Shown: in pieces, positions 31,324 through 41,614 of the stretch
How the letters are laid out: the number at the start of each line of letters is the position of its first letter
How positions within the stretch are numbered: position 1 is the stretch's first letter
Origin: Nitrosopumilaceae archaeon
Lineage (GTDB): Archaea; Thermoproteota; Nitrososphaeria; Nitrososphaerales; Nitrosopumilaceae
Direction of reading: 5' to 3'
DNA length: 64,000 nt
Assembly: GCA_965200155.1 (NCBI GenBank)
Contig: CBDATR010000010.1
Location: forward strand, 192,001-256,000
Translations under genes and position numbers: made by a program
The notes under the pieces: model-generated
Seen by the model: the letters and a program-made list of their open reading frames with translations, nothing else
Database searches by the model: none
Told to the model about the DNA's origin: nothing

Positions 31324-31667
31324 TGGCATTGGACCCTCCACGCGGATTACAAGAGGTGGATGTCTGTGTGGAGGACCGCATTTTTTCCTTACGCATAATA
31401 TCATACCAGAATGGATGTTTTGTGTCAGTAAGTGAGGGCGATGCCAGGATAGGCTCACTTATAGTATCCTTGTACAACGGTTCCACGCCGGTGACTACAC
31501 AAGTGATACCTGCCAAGTACGAATCGCTGTTTATGAGGCTGGTGTCAGAGAAGCTGGCCGTACGAACCAACGGCGTGGCCATAGTTAGCGTAAGCATAAG
31601 GCAGGACATAACCGCAGCCATCTCCAAGGAGATAATGCACGAGATAGATAGATTATCCTTAGGTTAA
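31323..31667 (+). CDS. Hypothetical protein (possibly proteasome assembly chaperone-like)
   Basis: ORF coupled to upstream stop; YQNGCFVSVSE. Confidence 0.6.
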   Translation: MALDPPRGLQEVDVCVEDRIFSLRIISYQNGCFVSVSEGDARIGSLIVSLYNGSTPVTTQVIPAKYESLFMRLVSEKLAVRTNGVAIVSVSIRQDITAAISKEIMHEIDRLSLG

Positions 31668-31672
31668 GGTAG

Positions 31673-32992
31673 TTACAAATAGTCGTCTAGGCGCGTCTTT
31701 TCAAGTCCCGGAATGCGGGCTATCTCAAACCCCTCAGGTCGCTTGTCTAGGGGTCGCGTGGCATCAATACCCAACTTGGCGGTTTTGAGATTAGCCTGAT
31801 CGCTGGACGGATCCAGGCTGGAGCCACGAACACCAGATATGACATACATGTCCTTATCCGCCTGGAAACGGGTGGCCATGGCATATTCTATTGACGCGGC
31901 ATCATCGGGGTTGATGTCATTATCTACAACTACAACCTGCTTAAGTGACCGATGCGCCTCAAAAGTTCGCTGTATTATATGGCGAACATCGGTCTTGGCA
32001 TCCTTTTTTATGCATACTACTGCATGCAACCAGTTGCACCCTCCCGAACTCAGCGTCACTGACTTTACATGAGGTATATCGCCTAGGGATACATCAATCT
32101 TGGACTCCGCAGGCATGCCCATGAGTAGCCTATGCTCGCCATAACCTGACAGTATGTCATGAAATATTGGGTTATCCCGATGGTAGACATTCTCCACTTC
32201 CAGAACCGGCTGATCCCGCGCGTGGTCATATGTTTGTAGCATCTCCACCATCCACTCCTTTCCTGTGACATCACACAGTATGCGGCCCTCTATTACAATC
32301 TCGGAGTGTGCGGGTACCTCCAGTCCGCTCCAATGCAGTGTTGACATGACAAGATTGCCCCCCAGTATAGCGTTTGATATATTCATCTCCGGCTCGCCCC
32401 ATGCAGCCTGGTATGCGCCAGCTACCAGTATGGCAGGATGCACACCTACTGATATGGCCACCCGTAGATCCTCGCCATGGTCCCGGGCATCAGTATAGCA
32501 TCGATGTAGATGCCTCCCCTCAACCATGCGCATGGTAAAGCGGTACGGGCTCAGCGGCATCATTCGGTGGAATGATGTGTTCTGCGTCTTGGTTTGGGGA
32601 TTTGCTGTAAACACCAGCGACGATGTAATGAATGGTCCGGACTCCTTCTCAAAATGTGTGACTATGGGCATATCCCCTATGTCATTGGAGTGGTTATCCA
32701 TGAAGGCTCCCGGTTGTTTGGTTTGGGGCTTCCGGGAGCCGGTTATGGCCCTGTGCATAGTTTGATGAATATGTCCGGCATCAGTGCCAAGCGCCAATGC
32801 AAAACGGCTGCGGGTTCCCAGCAGGTTGGAGACTATCATGTACTTGCTGCCGTCTACGTTCTCGAATAGTACGGCATTACCGTCTTGTGCACGGGCAGTT
32901 ATCGCCGCCACCTCGTATACGGGAGACACAGAACGGCTAATGTGCATCACTTCCTGGTCTATCTCGTTCAGATACTCCCTAAGACCGATCAA
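31673..32992 (-). CDS. UbiD-family decarboxylase
   Basis: GPFITS, SFHRM, EIVIEG, SSLDPS, KLGIDAT. Confidence 0.9.
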   Translation of the reverse strand: MIGLREYLNEIDQEVMHISRSVSPVYEVAAITARAQDGNAVLFENVDGSKYMIVSNLLGTRSRFALALGTDAGHIHQTMHRAITGSRKPQTKQPGAFMDNHSNDIGDMPIVTHFEKESGPFITSSLVFTANPQTKTQNTSFHRMMPLSPYRFTMRMVEGRHLHRCYTDARDHGEDLRVAISVGVHPAILVAGAYQAAWGEPEMNISNAILGGNLVMSTLHWSGLEVPAHSEIVIEGRILCDVTGKEWMVEMLQTYDHARDQPVLEVENVYHRDNPIFHDILSGYGEHRLLMGMPAESKIDVSLGDIPHVKSVTLSSGGCNWLHAVVCIKKDAKTDVRHIIQRTFEAHRSLKQVVVVDNDINPDDAASIEYAMATRFQADKDMYVISGVRGSSLDPSSDQANLKTAKLGIDATRPLDKRPEGFEIARIPGLEKTRLDDYL

Positions 32993-33202
32993 AATGACAT
33001 CACTCCAGATACTACTGGACGCCTTGTAATTATATCATCAGGTGCAAGCGAATGGTTGTGAGTCCTCGAGGTTGGCGCAAAACAGAACCGCGAGGATTGA
33101 CCGGAAACTTGTATTTTTTTAGTGCACCAGACATGGTTTTTCCGTAAGCGACATGACTGGAATATCATGCCGTTAATATGCAGGACATCATACCGGCAGT
33201 AT

Positions 33203-33676
33203 ATGACAGAGCCCGCAGAGAAGATAAAGAATGTGATAAAGGTTCTGTACGGGACCGGAGTTGCACGATACGTACCCAAGGATATTCGGTTCGAATACTC
33301 CAGAACGGGCAGGATTCGAAGCGTGTACAAGGACACGACGCTATTATGTACGCTGAGGCCTGACGGGGGCCTGGCACTTGGCATACCGCTCGCCCAGATG
33401 TTGCTTAGTAGCTCGCGCTTTTTGGAGTCCTGCGTAGAGATAAGTGCAGATGCAGTTCCTTTTGTTAAGGAGGGACGTAGCGTCTTTGCCAAACACGTAG
33501 TCAGATGTGGCAGTAATGTTGCAGTATCTGCAGATACGCCGGTCATATACCAAGGCAGGGTGATTGCCATAGGCAGGGCCGTACTCGGCGCCAGTATGCT
33601 AGCAGGATGCAGTAGGGGAGTGGCCATACGTGTTCGTAAGGGCTTAAAAGGAAGAGAGGTAATGCCAGAGACATGA
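33203..33676 (+). CDS. PUA-domain protein (archaeosine TGT C-terminal-like)
   Basis: SRTGRIR, LCTLRPDG, GRSVFAKHV, GVAIRVR. Confidence 0.8.
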   Translation: MTEPAEKIKNVIKVLYGTGVARYVPKDIRFEYSRTGRIRSVYKDTTLLCTLRPDGGLALGIPLAQMLLSSSRFLESCVEISADAVPFVKEGRSVFAKHVVRCGSNVAVSADTPVIYQGRVIAIGRAVLGASMLAGCSRGVAIRVRKGLKGREVMPET

Positions 33677-34017
33677 TGCGCGGAAGGAGAGGGCGCGACG
33701 TGCGTCGCAGGATGGACAAGATGGGCATGGATATGACCAATATAGACGACGTAAGGGAGGTAATCATACGCACAGAGTCCAAGGAGTATGTAATTACAAA
33801 TCCGGCAGTGAATCGAATGGATAACAAGGAGAGTACAATATTCATGGTAACCGCCAATGGATACGAGGAGAGAGAACCGGAGGTACCCACATATCCGGAG
33901 GAAGATATAGAGATGATATGTATGAGAGCCAACGTCGACAGGGATGCAGCCATATCGGCACTGACAGAGTCTGACGGGGAGCTGGCTACGGCATTATTGC
34001 GGCTCCAGTCCAGCTGA
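33673..34017 (+). CDS. nac: Nascent polypeptide-associated complex protein
   Basis: RRMDKMG, VREVII, UBA-like C-terminus. Confidence 0.9.
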   Translation: MMRGRRGRDVRRRMDKMGMDMTNIDDVREVIIRTESKEYVITNPAVNRMDNKESTIFMVTANGYEEREPEVPTYPEEDIEMICMRANVDRDAAISALTESDGELATALLRLQSS

Positions 34018-34050
34018 ATGATTTAATTAGCGGCGCGCCGCACATGGTCC

Positions 34051-34389
34051 TTGATGATGTCAGAGTCAAAGGTAAGTAGTATCATGGTCGCGCTCAGGGA
34101 TCTTGAGAATGACATGGACTCGCTTAACTCCACGGTTGCAGATATGAAGCGTCAGATGACCATACAAGTACAGAAAGAGACGGATGAATTATACGAAAAG
34201 ACCCGAGAGATGGCCAACAAACAGGCAGAGAAGATAATAGAGGAGGCTCGCGCCAAAGCCAAGGACCAAGCCGCCAAGATCACCCAGGAAGCCGAGACCC
34301 GCCTGAGCACTATTAGTACCAAGATAGACGCGGGTTTTGAAGATGCGGTGTATATTGTTCTTGAGAGCATACTAAAGCCCGGCCAGTGA
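34051..34389 (+). CDS. Coiled-coil protein, A-type ATPase subunit H-like
   Basis: AEKIIEEARAKA helical pattern. Confidence 0.6.
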   Translation: MMMSESKVSSIMVALRDLENDMDSLNSTVADMKRQMTIQVQKETDELYEKTREMANKQAEKIIEEARAKAKDQAAKITQEAETRLSTISTKIDAGFEDAVYIVLESILKPGQ

Positions 34390-34511
34390 TATTGAACGTG
34401 TGAGATGCGCGTTTTACCCAATCATTGTAATTAAAGGCATAAAGTATGATTCAGACCGCCGGATGACTCAGCGTGTATTTGACTATGCATTGCCACGGCA
34501 GCAAAAGCGTA

Positions 34512-35948
34512 TCACTCCCATCCATGCCACATTTTGGGATCTCGCGTTACTTCAGAGTTGGTCTTGGACTTGCCCACACCTATAGTTGTTATTATAACTG
34601 ATACCATTATGATAAAGAATACTATCTGGGAGTATACGGCACCATTCTCTAATCCCAGCGTAATGGGAAAGGTTGCCAGGACAGCCGCGGCCAGACCACG
34701 GGGAATCATGGTCTGAGTCACCCTTTTGTCCAGATCAGTGAACTTGGTAGTCATTGTGGCCTTGACTATAAGTGACCGGCCAAAGTATATGGCAACGGTA
34801 ATCAGTATGGCAAAGACAATGTACTCCAGCCTGCCCAGGGTGGCCATCAGCCCGACAAAGACAAAGAAGAATGAGCGAACTAAGAATGTGAGCTGGTTAT
34901 GGGTGGGATCATCATGCTCTATGTCACGCAGTTTGAGCCGAAGCCATTTGGAGAGCTGTCGCTTATTGCCAAGCATTAGGCCAAAGACCAATGCAGTCAG
35001 GGCGCCGGACTCGCCCAATGTTTGTGCCAAGAAGAACAGTACGAACAGTATGGCCAACGTAAGCATGTAGACATGCTGGGTGTTGGCCAGACGGGTAGTT
35101 ATGTAAAGCCATGGTATTCCAACTCCCAGGCCCAGAACCAGGCCCACCAGAACGGCGCGGCCCATCATGTTCCCCAGCGTGTCCATATCCAGGCCACCCT
35201 GCAGTACCGCCTCAAACATTATGAACGCCACTATGGTGGCAAGTATGTCGGTAAGGGCTGATTCAAAGTTGAGTACGGACTTGGCATCCTGGGACAGTTC
35301 AAGATTGCGAACCAGTCCAAATACAATTGCAGAGCTGCTTCCGCCTACAATTGAGCCCAGCAATATACTCTCCAGCAGACCCCATCCTAGAATGTAGTGT
35401 GCCCCCGCGGCCACCAACACTACAGATATCACAAAGCCGCCAACCACCAACGCGGCGGTAACATGAATTGTGTGGCCCAGGCGCCGCAAATCTGTTCCCA
35501 ACCCTCCATCAAACATGATAATTATCAGGGCCAGTGCGGCAAAGTAGGGGACTATCTCCAATACTGCCTGAATCTTGACTATTCCCAGTACCGGACCCAG
35601 TACCACGCCCAGTAGCATCAAGAATACCACTTCCGGAATGCCCGTCTTTCGAAAGAATGCCTCACCCATCACTCCCGCAAATATTACCACGCCCGCGGCC
35701 AGGAACAGTACGTGAACTGCAGCTATTGGTACATCAGGAATACCAAGGACAGATATATACGAGGATAACTCCGCATTCATTCGACCCACCCAATCGGAGA
35801 CGGACTCGTTCAGCGGTGCTAACACACCCAAATTCTCCTCCAAGTAACTTAGGACAAAAAGTAATTGTGGGTGCATTAGCATGTATGGTAAAAAATGTAT
35901 TAAACCGACTTGGTGCATTAATTTCTCCCCGGCGCGGGTATCCGTCAC
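34512..35948 (-). CDS. Cation:proton antiporter (CPA1)
   Basis: MFDGG, FESALTD, PRGLAAAVL; many TM helices. Confidence 0.9.
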   Translation of the reverse strand: MTDTRAGEKLMHQVGLIHFLPYMLMHPQLLFVLSYLEENLGVLAPLNESVSDWVGRMNAELSSYISVLGIPDVPIAAVHVLFLAAGVVIFAGVMGEAFFRKTGIPEVVFLMLLGVVLGPVLGIVKIQAVLEIVPYFAALALIIIMFDGGLGTDLRRLGHTIHVTAALVVGGFVISVVLVAAGAHYILGWGLLESILLGSIVGGSSSAIVFGLVRNLELSQDAKSVLNFESALTDILATIVAFIMFEAVLQGGLDMDTLGNMMGRAVLVGLVLGLGVGIPWLYITTRLANTQHVYMLTLAILFVLFFLAQTLGESGALTALVFGLMLGNKRQLSKWLRLKLRDIEHDDPTHNQLTFLVRSFFFVFVGLMATLGRLEYIVFAILITVAIYFGRSLIVKATMTTKFTDLDKRVTQTMIPRGLAAAVLATFPITLGLENGAVYSQIVFFIIMVSVIITTIGVGKSKTNSEVTRDPKMWHGWE

Positions 35949-36119
35949 ATCTTGCGCCTTACTGGCATGCCGTAAATGACTCCACCCGACAATAGTGCAG
36001 CCCCCTATTATGAAATAATATCATGTGTGGAATCGCGGTGTTGTATGCAGGGGGGCAACTGTTGTGTTCAATCAGGCATTACAAGAGTGGATGCACAAAG
36101 ATAGGCTGTTGTAAAATAG

Positions 36120-36191
36120 TGGACCGGGGGGGATTTGAACCCCCGACATCCACGTTGCGAACGTGGCGTTATACCCCTAAACCACCGGCCC
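36120..36191 (-). tRNA. tRNA-Ala(CGC)
   Basis: CCACG-TTCGCAA-CGTGG anticodon arm. Confidence 0.95.
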
Positions 36192-36263
36192 TCTCACTCG
36201 TAAATTATCTACCTTTATTTATTCGCAAAACCTCCAAAACATCATTCCCATGGCGAGGGCATC

Positions 36264-37658
36264 ATGACAGTAGATATGGTGATAGTAGATTCTCATGTGG
36301 TATTCCCACAGGGCATAGTCGACAAGAATATAGTAATAGACGAGGGAAGAATAGTCGGTCTTACTACAGATGTTCCCGCATGTGACCAAAAGGTGCGGGG
36401 GGATGGTTTGCTGTCAGTACCCGGTCCCATTGATCCCCATGTTCATTATGGCGTATATTCTTCCATAGACAAGGCAGCGGAGACGGAATCACACGCAGCT
36501 GCCATTGGAGGCATTACTACCATGATGCGAATGATGAGGTTGTGGGAACCATTCTCATCAGGACTTCAGCGCCAACTTGATGCCTCGGCCAACACGCACT
36601 ACATAGACTATACTGCACATGCGTCAATCTTCACACACCGGCAAATATCCGAGATGGAATACTGTGCAGAGAGAGGGGTGGCATCCTTCAAGATATACAT
36701 GAATCTGGGCGGCGAAATAGGACATGTCTATATGGATATGCCACCATATTCCACCGAACTTTGTGAAGATAGTGTAGATGTGACCGATGATATAGTGGAG
36801 GAGACTATTAGGGTAGCCGCGAATATGGGTTGCCCCGTATTAATTCATGCAGAGGACTATGAATCATGCGAGTGTGGCATGAAGGAGGCCAAAAAAGAGA
36901 AGCAAGACGGACTGGCTGCGTGGTCCAAGAGCAGGGATCCCCATTATGAGGCAAAGGCAATAAAAAAGGCATGCCGGTTTGGACGCAAATATGGCTGCGT
37001 GCTATACTTTGTGCACATAGGATCCCAAGTTGCACTGGACCAGATCATGGCAGAGCGCCAATTGGGGACAAGCATACGCGTGGAGAGTTGCCCGCACTAC
37101 ATGGTACTCTCCCATGAAAACAGAAACGATCATCTGGCCAAGGTGATGCCACCCATACGTGCCAATTCCGATAATAATTCGGTCTGGAGTGCAGTGAGCC
37201 AGAATCGTATAGATACCATAGGTACAGACCATGTTGCCAACCGACTGGCACGAAAAGTGGGCTCTGATGTCTGGACATCGTTGGCCGGGTTTCCGGGGAT
37301 TGGGACGATGATCCCAATCCTGCTAAGCGAGGGCGTAAATCGTAACAGAATATCCCTAGAGCAGTTCATCAGGTTGACCAGTGTAAATACGGCAAAGATC
37401 TTCTCCATGTATCCAAAAAAAGGATCATTGGAGGCAGGTACGGACGCAGACATATCCATGCTAGACCTGAAACTGGAGCGAACAGTCACAGCAGATATGT
37501 TCGGAGGGTTCTCTGATTATTCTCCGTATGAGGAATTGTGTCTGCGCGGTTGGCCAGTAAGAACTATTGTGCGAGGGTCTGTGATTGCCGAAGATTTTTC
37601 CGTGGTGGGGAAACGGGGTCACGGAAAATTAGTGTCAAGACCGGATACATGTATATGA
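36264..37658 (+). CDS. pyrC: Dihydroorotase / cyclic amidohydrolase family
   Basis: DPHVH, GGITT, FKIYM, PPIR, GTDH, GTDAD. Confidence 0.8.
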   Translation: MTVDMVIVDSHVVFPQGIVDKNIVIDEGRIVGLTTDVPACDQKVRGDGLLSVPGPIDPHVHYGVYSSIDKAAETESHAAAIGGITTMMRMMRLWEPFSSGLQRQLDASANTHYIDYTAHASIFTHRQISEMEYCAERGVASFKIYMNLGGEIGHVYMDMPPYSTELCEDSVDVTDDIVEETIRVAANMGCPVLIHAEDYESCECGMKEAKKEKQDGLAAWSKSRDPHYEAKAIKKACRFGRKYGCVLYFVHIGSQVALDQIMAERQLGTSIRVESCPHYMVLSHENRNDHLAKVMPPIRANSDNNSVWSAVSQNRIDTIGTDHVANRLARKVGSDVWTSLAGFPGIGTMIPILLSEGVNRNRISLEQFIRLTSVNTAKIFSMYPKKGSLEAGTDADISMLDLKLERTVTADMFGGFSDYSPYEELCLRGWPVRTIVRGSVIAEDFSVVGKRGHGKLVSRPDTCI

Positions 37659-37715
37659 AATACAAAGACGGTATTGACAGGGGAAACGGGGTCACGGAAA
37701 ATTAGTGTCAAGACC
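37607..37715. repeat. Perfect 36-bp direct repeat around a 37-bp unique filler
   Basis: GGGGAAACGGGGTCACGGAAAATTAGTGTCAAGACC at 37607-37642 and 37680-37715. Confidence 0.95.
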
Positions 37716-37730
37716 TCTACCCACGAATAG

Positions 37731-37909
37731 GTATGAGTTCACGTGTTTTGATCACATAATATGATAGAATGCATCCCAGTTTTTTAATTATAATTGCATT
37801 CTGGCAGCAACCTCGTTCATTACAGAAAGGCCCTGAGCCCTCCATGTCTGAACACATGTGGACATGCGGCGCATGGCCCTTTCACCACCCTTTATCTGGT
37901 CACTAATTT
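37731..37909 (-). mobile_element. IS66 element end remnant
   Basis: Near-identical to ~16414-16592, including the TIR. Confidence 0.9.
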
Positions 37910-38010
37910 GTATGAGTTCACCTGTGTCTAAATTTACGCATAACTGATGGAACAGGTTGTTCTAGTTAATGTGATTTGTGCATAAGATTCCGGAAGACGT
38001 GAACTCATAC
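37910..38010 (-). mobile_element. 101-bp MITE variant, copy 11
   Basis: Same central variant as 4869-4969; no TSD. Confidence 0.95.
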
Positions 38011-38171
38011 ATGGAATTATACTAGTTGCTGTAATTATTTAGATTAGATATTATAATATCGTCATATGTCAGCCAGCGCTATATGATCCTGCATGCCGTC
38101 TGGGACTGTAAATCCCGCATAACGGAGTAAAATACATCCGGGCTATTTGTGGGAGGAACATTACAGAATTA

Positions 38172-38846
38172 TCATGGATACAGTATCTCAAAACAGCCGT
38201 CTTGTTGCATTTTGTACAGTATATCAGGTTTGTTAAATATTCCCACCTCCAATACTCCAGGAAGTTGTCTTATGTCTGCCCCCACTGCTGAAGGATTATC
38301 CACTGTGCCAAAATCACAATCTAGTATTATGTTACCATTCTCGGTAAACATTGGATAACCACGGTCCAGTACGCGTATTTTGGAATGGATATCCACATTT
38401 TCTAAAAGCAAAGATATGGAACTTCTGGCGGCAGGGTGAATTTCTACGGGAATTGGCATACATAATTTATTAACAAACTTTGTTTCATCTGCCATAATTA
38501 TTACCATATCAGACATGCTTGCCAGTATATTCTCTCGAAGCAGGGCACCACCACCGCCTTTTACCATATATCCATCACAGTCTATCTGATCCGCCCCGTC
38601 AAATGTAATATCAATATGAGAGACCATTCCCGGCTCCACAAGATCTATACCCACTTCTTGGGCAATCTCCCTTATTTGCAGTGATGTTGGAACTCCGCGT
38701 ATACGTAAATCAGGACCTGTAACGTTGCCCAGCTCTTTTACCAGAGCGGCCGCAGCCCGACCGCTGCCTAGACCGATCACATGATCTTTGCGTACAAACT
38801 TTAGCGCATCGGTTGTTACATTTTCAATTGATTTTTTATAAGACAT
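38172..38846 (-). CDS. rpiA: Ribose-5-phosphate isomerase A
   Basis: GLGSG, DGADQ, KGGGGALLRE, TENGN. Confidence 0.95.
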   Translation of the reverse strand: MSYKKSIENVTTDALKFVRKDHVIGLGSGRAAAALVKELGNVTGPDLRIRGVPTSLQIREIAQEVGIDLVEPGMVSHIDITFDGADQIDCDGYMVKGGGGALLRENILASMSDMVIIMADETKFVNKLCMPIPVEIHPAARSSISLLLENVDIHSKIRVLDRGYPMFTENGNIILDCDFGTVDNPSAVGADIRQLPGVLEVGIFNKPDILYKMQQDGCFEILYP

Positions 38847-39631
38847 TATGATTCTGCACGATCTAATTTAGATATTGTATCTTTAATGTCTTTCATAATT
38901 TTTTCAAAGTTATCATCATCTAAGTCTGCATCAGATAGGGTACCTTCCTCTGTACCAATAGATTCAGATTTTGTTGTTTGTTGCCTGTATTCACCGGTGA
39001 CATCGGCTGTTGGTATTTCTTCTGGGGGTTGACTTGTTGTATTCAATACGCTCTCCTTTGTAGCAGGGGGTGTGGCCGGAGTGGTTGTTTGTGTGGGATC
39101 AACAACAGATGGTGTGGCCGGGGTCGCGGTTTTCTGGGATACAGATTCGGTGGCCGGGGGGGTAGTCGGAGTGGTTGTTTGTGTGGGATCCGTGATTGTG
39201 GTATCTCTTGTAGCCGGTGCCACACTAGTGGTACTGTCAGGCTCTGTAACAACGGGAACTGATTTACCGTTCCCTACAGAATTCACTCGTGTCCTAGAAC
39301 GAGATTTGTCATTTTTTATGGCTGGCTCTGGCGCGGCATTCTCAGCCGGTTGCGCATTTGCATTCCTGTCCCTCGACCGCCATAATTGCGGTCTCTCTCT
39401 AGATGCAGTGCGCCCCTCCAGTTGCGCATCTACATTCTGTAGCCGTTTTCTGTATTCTGCCAGTAATCGTTCGTCATAGGTTTTCGTATCTTTTAGTACG
39501 GATATACTGCTAAGAAGCAGGCGCCGCTCCCCTTGAAGTTGTCTCTTTTTAGAGGACGAACGATAATTTTTAAAAAAAGTAGCAGTTGCTATACCCGCCA
39601 CGGCACATGTGATTAGAATAGCTTCCTGCAT
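38846..39631 (-). CDS. Membrane-anchored protein with T/P-rich repeats
   Basis: N-terminal TM segment; duplicated DPTQTTTP.TPPAT. Confidence 0.7.
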   Translation of the reverse strand: MQEAILITCAVAGIATATFFKNYRSSSKKRQLQGERRLLLSSISVLKDTKTYDERLLAEYRKRLQNVDAQLEGRTASRERPQLWRSRDRNANAQPAENAAPEPAIKNDKSRSRTRVNSVGNGKSVPVVTEPDSTTSVAPATRDTTITDPTQTTTPTTPPATESVSQKTATPATPSVVDPTQTTTPATPPATKESVLNTTSQPPEEIPTADVTGEYRQQTTKSESIGTEEGTLSDADLDDDNFEKIMKDIKDTISKLDRAES

Positions 39632-39799
39632 CTATGTGTACCACTTGATCCAAGAATACTTTCTTATCTTAGGATCAGGGAAGCCACAGCTAGCACACCT
39701 ATAGTGTCGCTTATGCAGTGAATTTTTACCGCATCGCCTACAACGTATGTGCGTCTTTTTTCTAGTAAGATTACCCTTGGAGGTTGTGCCTTTGACCAC
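39632..39799 (-). CDS. rpl37e: 50S ribosomal protein L37e
   Basis: Hand translation (GTG)VKGTTSKG...THIRCRRCG...CASCGFP; below the ORF-track cutoff. Confidence 0.95.
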   Translation of the reverse strand: MVKGTTSKGNLTRKKTHIRCRRCGKNSLHKRHYRCASCGFPDPKIRKYSWIKWYT

Positions 39800-39808
39800 G
39801 CTACTCAC

Positions 39809-40051
39809 CTAATTTGATGGTGGAGGAGATATCATGACCACGTTGTCGCCTCTAACTACAATAGTTCCCAAGTCGTTTGTTTTGCCATCAGCCGTGACCT
39901 CTTCAGAACCATTCAGCATCAAGTTCATGTGTTGGTCAAAGCCCAAGAGGCTACCACGGATGGTTTTGTTACCCTTGAGCTTGATCAAGACAACCTTGTT
40001 TATACTCTCATCTAGTACCTTTACTGCCATATCAACAGACATCACGCTCAC
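39809..40051 (-). CDS. Sm-like (Lsm) RNA-binding protein
   Basis: [13 protein letters not shown]. Confidence 0.95.
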   Translation of the reverse strand: MSVMSVDMAVKVLDESINKVVLIKLKGNKTIRGSLLGFDQHMNLMLNGSEEVTADGKTNDLGTIVVRGDNVVMISPPPSN

Positions 40052-40064
40052 TACTCCTGTTCCA

Positions 40065-40781
40065 CTATATTAAAATTTCATTGGGAGCGCCGTTGATTCT
40101 GCTTATGCATTCCTTACTCAAGTTCTCCACTATCTCTTGTAGTAGCGCACGACCATCTTGAGCAGTGGCAGGGCGGGGATCCCCCCAGATACCATTTCCG
40201 GTAGCCTCTGGAAAAGAGCTTGATGCCCGCTGCTTTATGTCACGCAACTCCGAGGGGGACATTCCGTCGGTGATCAGTCCCCTCTGAGCGCGTTTCATGT
40301 GCACCTTGTCCGATATGGTAAGCATCAGAGAAGTTTCCACAAATCCCGCATGATCAAAGCGACTCTTCATAAAGCGCCAGTACGACATGACATGTATAGC
40401 AGGATTTGATTTCTGCAACAAGGCAAATCGCCTTAGAGCATTTCCATTCCCATAATGGCCGTTTATCACGAATATGCTGCAAGCTCCGTTTTGCTGTAAT
40501 GATTCACACATATCACTCAAAAGACTGACTAGTGTAGTCTCTCGTATACTAACCTGAAAGAATGGTGCATGCTCAAATGACACGCCGGTAGTTATGGTTG
40601 GCAAGACCACGAATCTGTTATCCTTGCCTACGCCAGCAGCTACTGCGCCCACTACATCCGAGTCTGTTGAGACAGGTAGGTGCGGGCCATGCTGCTCTAT
40701 TGAGCCTACGGGAATTATAATCGCGACCCCAGACTCTATACTCTGTCTTATATCAGGATCAGTAGCAGTCCAGTTCATCAT
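40065..40781 (-). CDS. Creatininase family (ArfB-like deformylase)
   Basis: [25 protein letters not shown]. Confidence 0.9.
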   Translation of the reverse strand: MMNWTATDPDIRQSIESGVAIIIPVGSIEQHGPHLPVSTDSDVVGAVAAGVGKDNRFVVLPTITTGVSFEHAPFFQVSIRETTLVSLLSDMCESLQQNGACSIFVINGHYGNGNALRRFALLQKSNPAIHVMSYWRFMKSRFDHAGFVETSLMLTISDKVHMKRAQRGLITDGMSPSELRDIKQRASSSFPEATGNGIWGDPRPATAQDGRALLQEIVENLSKECISRINGAPNEILI

Positions 40782-41614
40782 GCATCCTTAACATACACTT
40801 TTCTCCAGCGAACCTCCAGGCGGTTCTCGAGGTGTGTCTTTACAGCCTTGGTGAGTGTAACGGCCTCCAGTTCCTGCCCCTTGGACTTGATCATTGGCAG
40901 TGTATCATCAGGATTCACGGTAAAGGATTCCTGAAATATTATGGGTCCCTGATCTAGATTCTCCGTGACATAATGAGCCGTGACTCCAATTATCTTGGTT
41001 CCCCTTTCAAAGGCCTGTTGGTATGCATAGGCCCCGGGGAACGCAGGTAGTAAGGATGGATGTATATTGATTATACGCCGGGGATATCTCCAGACAAAGT
41101 TGGGCGTCAGTATGCGCATATACCTGGCCAGCACTATCAAGTCTACACCATACTTTGCACAGATAGTCAGTATCTTCTCCTCGGCCTTTTCCTGATTTCT
41201 ATCAGGTACAGTCACAAAGGGAATTCCCATCTTCCGTGCTCGATCCCCCAGTGTCTCCTCTGTGCCTATAATGACATTTATGCTCCCCTGAAGATGACCG
41301 GCGGTAGCCGATTCCAGCAGGGAGTCCAGACAATGGCTCTCCTTTGTAACCAGTATGGCAATCTTTCTCTCTCCTTGGGAGTGATAGATACTCACATCCA
41401 TCTCTTCCTGACTTGCCAGCTTCTGTAGACGCTCGCTGAAATCAGCTATGTTCACATCATGAAAGGAAGCCTCCATATACATGCCAAAGAGTCCCAGCAC
41501 GACGTTCTGGTTTATAGACTCTATGTTACCTCTTTCAGCAAAGACCAGATTGGTGAATGCTGCCACCACACCCTTTCTGTCCTTGCCTACAACGGTAATT
41601 CCTATCACTTGCAC
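40778..41614 (-). CDS. purU: Formyltetrahydrofolate deformylase
   Basis: ACT domain; LARYMRIL, INIHPSLLPAF, LDQGPII. Confidence 0.95.
   Translation of the reverse strand: MQVIGITVVGKDRKGVVAAFTNLVFAERGNIESINQNVVLGLFGMYMEASFHDVNIADFSERLQKLASQEEMDVSIYHSQGERKIAILVTKESHCLDSLLESATAGHLQGSINVIIGTEETLGDRARKMGIPFVTVPDRNQEKAEEKILTICAKYGVDLIVLARYMRILTPNFVWRYPRRIINIHPSLLPAFPGAYAYQQAFERGTKIIGVTAHYVTENLDQGPIIFQESFTVNPDDTLPMIKSKGQELEAVTLTKAVKTHLENRLEVRWRKVYVKDA

Noticed and set aside
37731-38010. IS66 end plus MITE as a transposed hybrid unit
   Set aside because: No matching outer TSD (ACGAATAG vs ATGGAATT).
39050-39200. Direct repeat with ~90-bp period in the T/P-rich gene as another spacer-type insertion
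   Set aside because: The period differs and the intervening sequence is itself similar low-complexity T/P coding DNA; an ordinary protein repeat.
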